Shown here: positions 1 to 8,990 of the stretch, piece by piece | Layout: the number at the start of each line of letters is the position of its first letter | Numbering within the stretch: position 1 is the first letter of the stretch | Origin: an uncultured Magnetococcales bacterium | Lineage (GTDB): Bacteria > Pseudomonadota > Alphaproteobacteria > UBA2136 | NCBI GenBank assembly: GCA_963974105.1 | Contig: CAXBBG010000001.1 | Span: 578,793-642,792, forward strand | Direction of reading: 5' to 3' | Length of the DNA stretch: 64,000 nucleotides | Program-made: the position numbers and the translations under genes | The notes under the pieces: model-generated | Told to the model about the DNA's origin: nothing | What the model saw: only the letters and a program-made list of their open reading frames with translations | Database searches by the model: none

Positions 1-715
1 GAGTAACAACAAAGGTGAGGGTTTTAAGCATTGGTGCTATAAAGGTAATCCAAAGTTAAAAGGATCAACTGGTATGGCACAAATGATGATCGAATTTTAT
101 GAGGCGGGTAAATTTCCTGGTGTGCATTTAAATATCAGCCAAACGCTGGCTTTTTATAGTAAGGCGTTAAAAGATCTTGATATGCCATATGCGGAGCAGC
201 GCGCTAAGATTTTGGCCTCGCTGGCTGATATGCAGAAATTTTCAGATTTTTGGTCTAAAAATTCTGTTAAAAAAAATGGTTGTTATTACTTTGATACAGC
301 AATGGCTTATGGTCTGTCGCAAGAGTTTTCTTTTGCATATGAAGATACCTTTTTAAAAAAGGCACAGCTTTTTTATGGTATGTTGGCTGCTAATTTTAAT
401 GCGCGTCAATGGTCTGTTAATTCAAAGTTAACGGCGTATGCCGACTATCGTATTCCGCAAGTTTTGCGTCATTTAGGTGTGCTGGAATATGACGATGCGT
501 TGTCCCTTGTGGTTGATAGTCAAACGCCTATTGCATCAAATGGGCATATGGAGCGTTTTATACGTGCGGCGACCATTGTGGCTTGTCATGACATTGCAGT
601 GCTTGCAGGGGTGAGTGAAGCGGATGTTGATGCGACGTTGTTTTTAAAAACACGCGATGACGCTTTCATGCAAGGTATTTTACCATTCCATTTGTCTATT
701 ACGTCAGATTATTGA
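1..715 (+). CDS. Qng1/DUF2419-family queuosine salvage protein (queuosine 5'-phosphate N-glycosylase/hydrolase-like), 5'-truncated by the window edge
   Basis: The frame is open from nt 2 through the annotated ATG at 74, so the gene starts upstream of the window. Motifs FWSKNS, the GCYYFD region and YADYRIPQVLRHLGVLEYDDAL align with eukaryotic QNG1 (C9orf64: FWSED..., [22 protein letters not shown]). Confidence 0.6.
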   Translation, partial: SNNKGEGFKHWCYKGNPKLKGSTGMAQMMIEFYEAGKFPGVHLNISQTLAFYSKALKDLDMPYAEQRAKILASLADMQKFSDFWSKNSVKKNGCYYFDTAMAYGLSQEFSFAYEDTFLKKAQLFYGMLAANFNARQWSVNSKLTAYADYRIPQVLRHLGVLEYDDALSLVVDSQTPIASNGHMERFIRAATIVACHDIAVLAGVSEADVDATLFLKTRDDAFMQGILPFHLSITSDY

Positions 716-735
716 TACATTTTTTAGCGAAATAA

Positions 736-758
736 AAGGGCTTCGGCCCTTTTTTTTA
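736..758 (+). terminator. rho-independent terminator after the qng1-like gene
   Basis: GGGCTTCGGCCC hairpin at 738-749 followed by a T8 run. Confidence 0.7.
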
Positions 759-897
759 TAGGCTGGTGTTTAAGGTAATTTTTAAGCTGTCTTGTAAGTT
801 CTTTGGTAGGTTTTTTTGCGGGTTATTCGTAAAGATATTCTTATTTCCCTTGCATGTATACACTTCTTAATGTAAAACCCTCTTCGAGGGTGCATAA

Positions 898-2100
<1,203 letters not shown>

Positions 2101-2107
2101 TTAAAAA

Positions 2108-2132
2108 AAGGCACCGTTGGGTGCCTTTTTTA
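2108..2132 (+). terminator. rho-independent terminator after obgE
   Basis: GGCACC-GTTG-GGTGCC hairpin followed by T6. Confidence 0.75.
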
Positions 2133-2214
2133 ATGGTCAATATGTTGTTGTTTATGTTTTTATAAAAAGCGGTATTTATCTTTTTTACTTTTTAAATATA
2201 ACGAAGGTTCTTGT

Positions 2215-2961
2215 ATGGAATATTTACAAATATTAACAGCGGCAGAATGGCTTTTGGTTGGGGTGAGTTTCTTTACCTCATTTTTAACGGCGGTGGCAGG
2301 TATTGGTGGCGGGGTTATGTTGCTTGCTGTTATGGTAACGGTTTTTCCGCCATTGGTGGTTATTCCTGTGCATGGGGTGGTTCAGGCAGGTTCTAATTTT
2401 TTCCGCATGGGGCTTATGCGTCATTTTATAGACAGGTCTATTATTGTGCCATTTGCTGTGGGTTCGTTGTTGGCTGCTTTGTTGGGTACGCAAGTTGTTG
2501 TGGCATTAGAGCCTTTTTACTTACAGTTGCTACTGGGCTTATTTATTTTGTATTTGGTTTGGGGTCCTAAATTAAGCAAGGTGTATATGAGCCATAAAAT
2601 TCAATTTTATCTAGGTGGTTTTTTAACAACGTTAGCATCTTTATTTGTGGGGGCTTCAGGGCCTTTGGCAGCGGCATTTATAGGACGTGTTGGTTTAAAA
2701 AAGGAAGCGCAGGTAGCAACTCATGCCACAGCCATGGTGGTTCAGCACGGTTTAAAAACGCTAGTATTTGGTTTTGTAGGTTTTGCTTTTGCAGACTATG
2801 CTTTGTTGATGGGGCTGATGATAGCCACAGGTTTTGCGGGCACTTATGTGGGTAAACATGTTTTGCTTAAATTGCCTGAAAAAATATTTAGGGTGGCTTA
2901 CAAAGTTGTGATTACATTGCTTGCGTTGCGTTTGCTTTATATGGCATTTTTATCTTATTAG
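2215..2961 (+). CDS. TauE/SafE (DUF81, TSUP family) sulfite/anion exporter-like membrane protein
   Basis: Polytopic membrane protein with duplicated AGIGGG / VGASGP glycine motifs typical of DUF81. Confidence 0.75.
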   Translation: MEYLQILTAAEWLLVGVSFFTSFLTAVAGIGGGVMLLAVMVTVFPPLVVIPVHGVVQAGSNFFRMGLMRHFIDRSIIVPFAVGSLLAALLGTQVVVALEPFYLQLLLGLFILYLVWGPKLSKVYMSHKIQFYLGGFLTTLASLFVGASGPLAAAFIGRVGLKKEAQVATHATAMVVQHGLKTLVFGFVGFAFADYALLMGLMIATGFAGTYVGKHVLLKLPEKIFRVAYKVVITLLALRLLYMAFLSY

Positions 2962-2975
2962 TATCGATATATAAA

Positions 2976-3003
2976 AAGCACCTTTGTTGGGTGCTTTTTT
3001 TTA
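2976..3003 (+). terminator. rho-independent terminator after the TauE-like gene
   Basis: AGCACC-TTTGTTG-GGTGCT hairpin followed by T8. Confidence 0.75.
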
Positions 3004-3439
3004 CGGGGTAGGGTTAAGGGGGTGATGTGTGCTTTATTGCTTTGTAAATCGTTGCATATGTCGTGACTATTCTAGCTGTATGCCGCTGTGGTTCTCCGTG
3101 TATTCCGCTTAAAAACTGACGCAGGTTAGTGACTACTTACATTTTGTACGTCTTAGGCTGGGGAACCTGACAGGTGTTATAAATTATGATAAAAAAAGAC
3201 AGTTATTTGCGGTCGAAATCAATAATGACAGGACAAGGGCCGCTTGAACATGCTGTGAGGCTTAGACTTATAATGACAGCAAGTGTTAATTTTTTGAACA
3301 TGTTTTTAAACCTTCTATTTCTTATAGTTTATCAATCTCATTTAGGGTTGTCGAGGGAATAGAGTTTATTTTTGCGGTGATATTAAAGCTTATACTTTTA
3401 AGTATATGGCAAAAATTGGCGGCGGTGAGGTTTAAATAG

Positions 3440-4354
3440 TTATTTGTTGAGAGGGTGGGCGCTGTCGTGTGCTTTTTTAAGTTCCTTGGCGTCTATGGCA
3501 AGGTAACGCTGGGTTGCGGTAAGGCTGGCATGGCCTAAAAGTTCTTGAATGGTGCGAATGTCGGCCCCGTTTTCAAGCATGTGCGTGGCAAAGCAGTGGC
3601 GCAGGGTGTGGGGTGTTACATGGTCGGCAAGGCCCAGTTGAATGCGCACTTTTTTCACAATCATCTGTGCCGCGCGTGGTGTTAGCCTGTCGGCATAGCG
3701 TTGATTTATAAATAAAGGACATGTTTTGGCAGTATGAGGTAGATCTTTTGCTAGGTCCTGCATGGCAAGTTTGACAGGTTTTGGCAAAGGGAGTGAGCGC
3801 TGCTTGTCCCCTTTACCTGTAATAATAACGCGTTCGCCACCAATGTCTTCTTTGTTTATTTGCAAGGCTTCGCTGATACGTAAACCAAGGCCGTAAAGAG
3901 TGAGTATTAAGCAATAGTCACGTTTTTCATGCATGTCGGCGCCTTGGCTGGGTGGGCGTAATTTCTTTAAAATATTTAAAATATCTTCCTTAGGTAAGGC
4001 TTTGGGCGGGGCTTTTTCGGCCTTGATATTTTTAACGAGGCTTACATTGTCGTTTTGTAAAATTTCTTTGCGCTTTAGCCATTTAAAAAATGTTTTAACA
4101 GAAGATAAGCGGCGGTTAACCGTTTGTTTTGAAACTTTTTCTTTAAGAATGCCATCGGTTATAAAGGCCTGAAGGTCGTCAATGCTTAGCTTTTCTAATA
4201 CGCTTTGTGTGACATCTTGTCCTTGGTGTGTTTTTAAAAAACTCCTAAAAATTTCAAGGTCACGTTTGTAAGCTAAGGCTGTATTGCGGCTTGCCCGTTT
4301 TTCGGTGATGAGGTAATTAAAAAATTGATCACTAAAAATAAGGCTCATTTTCAT
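3440..4354 (-). CDS. xerC: tyrosine site-specific recombinase XerC (dif chromosome-dimer resolution)
   Basis: C-terminal catalytic box HTLRHCFATHMLENGADIRTIQELLGHASLTATQRYL with the Tyr nucleophile. It directly follows a DUF484 gene, overlapping by ATGA, which is the conserved yigA-xerC arrangement. Confidence 0.8.
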   Translation of the reverse strand: MKMSLIFSDQFFNYLITEKRASRNTALAYKRDLEIFRSFLKTHQGQDVTQSVLEKLSIDDLQAFITDGILKEKVSKQTVNRRLSSVKTFFKWLKRKEILQNDNVSLVKNIKAEKAPPKALPKEDILNILKKLRPPSQGADMHEKRDYCLILTLYGLGLRISEALQINKEDIGGERVIITGKGDKQRSLPLPKPVKLAMQDLAKDLPHTAKTCPLFINQRYADRLTPRAAQMIVKKVRIQLGLADHVTPHTLRHCFATHMLENGADIRTIQELLGHASLTATQRYLAIDAKELKKAHDSAHPLNK

Positions 4355-5037
4355 TATCTTTGCATGAATATTTCAAGCTTATAACTTATTACTTCGCCTA
4401 AAAACTCTAGAAGTTCTGTGCCTTGACCTTCATGAAAACGCTGAATATCTCGGCTGCCAAGTGTTAGTACAGCAAAGTTGTCACCGTTTTTATTTTTAAG
4501 CTTTATAAGCGCTTCTGAACGAATGCAAACATCACTACTTTCATGCAAACATGGGCTTTCTTCTGTGGCTGTACGCAGGCACACATCTTTTGTTTCTGTA
4601 AAAGATTTGTCGTAAATGTTTTGGTATGAAAGGCTTTCGTCTGACTTTAAAAGAACCTGTGCACTATCTAGCTCAAGGTCGTTTTGAATCACTTCTCTAA
4701 AGTGGTTCATCATCATTTCTTTGCTCGTGCTATGCAGTAGACTTAAAGTGAGCTGGTTTATTTTTGTCGAGCTCTCAATGTTTTGAATGGCAGTGGCAAT
4801 AAGCCTTTTATTGCGCTCCTCTAATTTGGTAATTTTATTTGCAAGTTTTCGGTTCTGAAAATCATTAAAGCTTGCAATGTTGCCGTCAATGCTTGTTGGC
4901 AATGTCATTTTTTCTAAAATATCACTGTGACGCAAAAAAAAGTCTTTATGTACACCAAGATAATCCAAAATAGACTGTTCTGTTAAGTTTTCTGCAGTTT
5001 CTGCGGGTAGTTGTTGCGCTGTGTTGTTCATTGTCAA
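4354..5037 (-). CDS. DUF484 (YigA-like) protein
   Basis: About 227 aa, located immediately upstream of xerC and translationally coupled to it, as is typical for DUF484. Confidence 0.7.
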   Translation of the reverse strand: MTMNNTAQQLPAETAENLTEQSILDYLGVHKDFFLRHSDILEKMTLPTSIDGNIASFNDFQNRKLANKITKLEERNKRLIATAIQNIESSTKINQLTLSLLHSTSKEMMMNHFREVIQNDLELDSAQVLLKSDESLSYQNIYDKSFTETKDVCLRTATEESPCLHESSDVCIRSEALIKLKNKNGDNFAVLTLGSRDIQRFHEGQGTELLEFLGEVISYKLEIFMQR

Positions 5038-5344
5038 AAATTCACCTGTCTAAAAAACGCTTATGCGTAGGTTAAAAAAAATACATTTCAAGGGTTTTAA
5101 TTTTAAAAAACTGTCCAATAATATTTATAGCGGTAATAAAGTGTTTGTTTTAAAGTCAGTGCCGACGGTTGAATAAATATTTTATTACTAAGCTTCCCTC
5201 TTGCTTGGGCATAATGTAAGTTATGCCCGCTTTTTTTGGAAAAGTTTTTTTGTTGTATTCTGTCTTATTGTTTCCCCTGTTGATTTTTATAGTGTCATGT
5301 TAAAGTACCTTCATCAAGTGTTATAAGGGATTTGTAGAAAAATA

Positions 5345-7513
5345 ATGGTGCATCAAAGCAACAGGTTTATCGTGAGGGTGGCGACCTCTTTAGCTGTGCC
5401 TAAAATGCTTGATTATCTCTTGTTTTTAGACGCTGAGCCGCAGTTGGGGTCTTTTGTTGAAATTGAAGTTGGCACTAAATCTGTCCATGGTGTTATTTTT
5501 GAAATTGTAAATCAGTCACAAAATGGCTTCGACGTGAAAAAATTAAAAGAAGCACGTTTTTTAGAATCTGTTCCCCCTGTTTCATTGCCTATGTTGAAGT
5601 TTTATCGTTGGGTATCCCGTTATACAATGGCCTTACCAGGAGACCCTATTCGTGCAGCTTTGGTTGCAGGTAAGGTGCCTCAGGTTGTTTCTCCCGACTA
5701 TTTTTTAGTACGTACTGCTCAGCCTATTGAAAGATTGACGACTGCCAGAGCAAAGGTGTTAGAAGCTGTAAAAAGTGCACAATATACCTCTCAGTCAAGT
5801 TTGTCAGAGGCGTCTGGTGTTGGTGTTTCTGTTGTTAAATGGATGATTGATAATGGTGTTTTGAATTGGGAAAAAATGCCTGAAGAAAAGTTTTCTTTTG
5901 ATATTCAGTTACCAGAACTTTCGTCCTCGCAAGCCGTTGCTGCAGGGCAGCTTGCTTCGGCGGTCGCATTGGGTGCGCATAAACCATTTTTTTTAGATGG
6001 TGTGATGGGGAGTGGTAAGACAGAAGTTTATTTTGATACGATTGCGCGCATTTTAACGGAAGATGAAACAGGGCAGGTTTTATTGTTGGTGCCAGAAATT
6101 GCACTTACCCCTCAGCTGGTACAACGTTTTGAAAAGCGTTTTGGCTTTATTCCCACACTTTGGCACTCTGGTTTATCGGATAAGGCACGTCGTAAAAACT
6201 GGTGGCAGGTGTCTAATGGTAAGGCGCGGGTTATTATTGGAGCAAGATCGGCCCTTTTCTTAGGGTATCAAAATTTAAAATTCATTGTGGTCGATGAAGA
6301 ACACGATAGCTCTTATAAACAGGAAGAGGTTTTTCGATATCACGGACGTGATATGGCCGTGGCTCTCTCACATTTATGGGCTTGCCCTATTGTTTTATGT
6401 TCTGCCACGCCTTCGGCCGAAACATGGTTGAATGTCAAACGCGGGCGTTATGAGCATTTGATGTTAGAGGGGCGTTTTGCAGGGGCTAAGTTACCTGCTA
6501 TGCGTTTGATTGACATGAAAGAGGGTGGGGTTGGTAAAAAAGATAAGTGGTTAAGCGCTCCTATTGTTGATGCGATTACGCAGCGTCTTGATAAGGGTGA
6601 ACAGTCATTGGTGTTTTTAAACCGCCGTGGGGTCGCACCACTTCTTATTTGTGGGGGATGTGGTGGACGTACAGGTTGTCCGAGTTGTGATGCGTCTTTA
6701 GTTGTGCACCATAGTTATTTAATTTGTCACCATTGTGGTTTTAGCGAACGTATACCAAAGGAATGTCCAAGTTGTGGTAGCGAAAAATTGCGCCCATTTG
6801 GTCCTGGAACACGTAAAATTAAAGAAGAATTGGAAGGTTTGTTCCCAGATGCACGTATTGCTGTAGCGGATAGCGACAGTATACGCGGTGATAAGCAAAT
6901 GGGTGAATTAGTGACTAAAATGGAAATGGGTGACATAGATATTTTAGTTGGCACACAAATGGTCGCGAAGGGGCACCATTTCCCGAATTTGACTTTTGTT
7001 GGTATTGTAGATGGTGATATGGGCTTGGCGCGCGGTGAGCTTAGGGCAGCTGAGCGCACATTCCAAGTTTTAATGCAAGTTGCTGGGCGTGCGGGGCGTG
7101 AAAAAAAGGCTGGTGAGGTGTATATTCAGACGCATGATCCTAAACATCCGCTGTTTGATTGCTTGCTCACGTGTGACAGAGACCGTTTTTTGAAAATGGA
7201 ACTCACAAGCCGTAAGCAGTGGCAAGACCCGCCTTTTAGTCGGCAAGTGGCTTTGATTGTTAGTGGTAAAGATGAGCGTGAAGTAGCGCAATCTGCGCGG
7301 TTGTTGGCAAAAGTTTTTCCTTTGGAGTCGGGTGTAGAAATATTAGGCCCAGCACCTGCACCTTTGGCAAAGTTGCGTGATAGGTATCGTTATCGCTTGT
7401 TGGTTAAAAGTGCTGAGAATAATCATTCTATAATACAAAAATGGCTATCAGGAACAAAAATACCTTCTTCTATTCGTGTTGTTGTGGATGTTGACCCTGT
7501 AAGTTTTTACTAG
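5345..7513 (+). CDS. priA: primosomal protein N' (replication restart helicase PriA)
   Basis: Walker A GVMGSGKTEVY, a DEEHD box, and a C-terminal Cys cluster (CGGCGG...CPSCD...CHHCG...CPSCG) that forms the PriA zinc-binding domain. Confidence 0.95.
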   Translation: MVHQSNRFIVRVATSLAVPKMLDYLLFLDAEPQLGSFVEIEVGTKSVHGVIFEIVNQSQNGFDVKKLKEARFLESVPPVSLPMLKFYRWVSRYTMALPGDPIRAALVAGKVPQVVSPDYFLVRTAQPIERLTTARAKVLEAVKSAQYTSQSSLSEASGVGVSVVKWMIDNGVLNWEKMPEEKFSFDIQLPELSSSQAVAAGQLASAVALGAHKPFFLDGVMGSGKTEVYFDTIARILTEDETGQVLLLVPEIALTPQLVQRFEKRFGFIPTLWHSGLSDKARRKNWWQVSNGKARVIIGARSALFLGYQNLKFIVVDEEHDSSYKQEEVFRYHGRDMAVALSHLWACPIVLCSATPSAETWLNVKRGRYEHLMLEGRFAGAKLPAMRLIDMKEGGVGKKDKWLSAPIVDAITQRLDKGEQSLVFLNRRGVAPLLICGGCGGRTGCPSCDASLVVHHSYLICHHCGFSERIPKECPSCGSEKLRPFGPGTRKIKEELEGLFPDARIAVADSDSIRGDKQMGELVTKMEMGDIDILVGTQMVAKGHHFPNLTFVGIVDGDMGLARGELRAAERTFQVLMQVAGRAGREKKAGEVYIQTHDPKHPLFDCLLTCDRDRFLKMELTSRKQWQDPPFSRQVALIVSGKDEREVAQSARLLAKVFPLESGVEILGPAPAPLAKLRDRYRYRLLVKSAENNHSIIQKWLSGTKIPSSIRVVVDVDPVSFY

Positions 7514-7748
7514 CAATTAAAAGGGGTATCTCCCCAATAAATACATCAAAAATGTCATATCCCTCTCTGTTTGTGTGATTATAATATTAACAAAAAATCA
7601 ATACTTTAAGTAAAATGCCTGCATAAAAATGATAATTTAATCACAGTGTGTTTCTTTAAACTGGCACGCGTCTTGCTGTATACACATTGGGGAGCTTTGA
7701 GGATGAATATGAAACATGATAACATATATCGAACTGGGAGAAGAGATT

Positions 7749-8324
7749 ATGCGTAAGTTATTTAAAGTAATTAAAAGTCAAACAGGCTTAGCAGCCGATG
7801 AAGCTATTTTAGCTACCGCAATGGTAGCAAGTTTAGGTGCCTTTGTTGTTGTAAATGTGCCTTGGGAAGGGATGTTTAATGCCTCTTCTAAAATGCAAGA
7901 AAAATTAGTGACACTTGAGCAGGCGAATGCCGAATTTTATGAACGCCACCGCATGTGGCCACACCAAACGACTTCTGGTGACTGGCGTATGAATGTGAGT
8001 GCCCTTGTTTCACCACGTGCTATGCGTTACCCATACAACTCTATGACTTCTTTTAAAAATTATATCAGCGAAATGTCTAAAGAATATAACGCTAATGGCG
8101 TACGCCATGAATACGGCGTTGGCGGTGTTGTTATGCAGCGTCCAGTTAGCTATCAAGGTGCAGAATATATTGAAATTATTCTAGAAGGTGTGCCACTAGC
8201 TGATGCACGCAAGTTGGATGAAACTATTGACGGTAGTTACGACCCTGATGCTGGGCGTGTTTACTTTGTATTTGATGAAGCTGAAAATGTCGTAGATCTG
8301 CATTACCGTGCGAATCAAATATAA
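7749..8324 (+). CDS. hypothetical exported protein with a type IVb prepilin-like (class III) N-terminus
   Basis: A good SD (GGGAGAAG) lies 7 nt before the ATG at 7749. The N-terminus is MRKLFKVIKSQTG|LAADEAILATAMVASLGAFVVV: a 13-aa basic leader, Gly at -1, Glu at +5 and an approximately 20-aa hydrophobic helix. The layout is BfpA-like (leader 13 aa, G|L, E+5), with a mature part of about 178 aa. Confidence 0.55.
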   Translation: MRKLFKVIKSQTGLAADEAILATAMVASLGAFVVVNVPWEGMFNASSKMQEKLVTLEQANAEFYERHRMWPHQTTSGDWRMNVSALVSPRAMRYPYNSMTSFKNYISEMSKEYNANGVRHEYGVGGVVMQRPVSYQGAEYIEIILEGVPLADARKLDETIDGSYDPDAGRVYFVFDEAENVVDLHYRANQI

Positions 8325-8340
8325 ATAAAATAATTATTTT

Positions 8341-8368
8341 AAAAAAGTGCCTTAGGCACTTTTTTTTA
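8341..8368. terminator. bidirectional intrinsic terminator between the pilin-like gene (+) and the methyltransferase gene (-)
   Basis: AGTGCC-TTA-GGCACT hairpin flanked by A6 on the 5' side and T7 on the 3' side. Confidence 0.75.
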
Positions 8369-8974
8369 TGGGTGAATATTAAGTACAAAACGTTTAGGAG
8401 GACGTGCTGGGCTTGTTTCTATATAGGTGATAGAATGGTCGTATACCTTCAGTATTTCTGTGAAGTATTCTAAATTATGGCTGTGGTGTATAAGTGTACA
8501 TGTACCGCCTTTCTGTGTGAGGGATATACAGTTTATAAGCCATTGTTGCATTTGCTGAATACTAGCACCGTGCGCTAAATTTTTTTGTGTGCTTTTGGCT
8601 TTAAAGCCTTTTTCCGTATTATGATAAGGCGGGTTTGATAAAACGAGATCGTATTTTAGTTTAGGCTTTTCTATAAGTATATTACAGGGTTTAAATATCA
8701 AATTTCCAATTTTATTATACTGCGCGTTATGGTTGGCAATATTTAGTAAGTTTGTATCTATTTCATAACCGGTCACCTGTGCCTGTGGGTTTTTGAGTGC
8801 CTGTATGCAGGCAATTGTCCCAATACCACTACCAACATCACAGATTGTTTTTGGTTTTTTTAGAGGGGTTGTGTAATCACATAGCCAAAAAGGGTCTTGT
8901 GTTGGCCTTGGCACGTTTGCTATGTCTAAAAAAGTTAGGGCACCTTTTAAAATGGTATATGTTTGAACGCCCAT
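8366..8974 (-). CDS. small SAM-dependent methyltransferase with NPPY motif (TrmN6/YfiC-like tRNA adenine-N6 methyltransferase)
   Basis: SAM-binding motif I DVGSGIG and motif IV DLVLSNPPY. Size and motif order match the YfiC family. Confidence 0.7.
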   Translation of the reverse strand: MGVQTYTILKGALTFLDIANVPRPTQDPFWLCDYTTPLKKPKTICDVGSGIGTIACIQALKNPQAQVTGYEIDTNLLNIANHNAQYNKIGNLIFKPCNILIEKPKLKYDLVLSNPPYHNTEKGFKAKSTQKNLAHGASIQQMQQWLINCISLTQKGGTCTLIHHSHNLEYFTEILKVYDHSITYIETSPARPPKRFVLNIHP

Positions 8975-8990
8975 CTAGGTGCCTAACTGA

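Noticed and set aside
3195-3250. tmRNA-like tag reading frame (…AVEINNDRTRAA*) in the ORF-free region
   Set aside because: No tRNA-like domain is present: there is no GGTTCGA-type T-loop, no acceptor pairing and no CCA end. The putative tag lacks the hydrophobic ALAA-type terminus.
3440-4354. Tyrosine recombinase as a marker of an integrated mobile element
   Set aside because: It is coupled to DUF484 in the conserved yigA-xerC housekeeping arrangement (dif recombination). No att-like repeats, phage genes or tRNA target are nearby.
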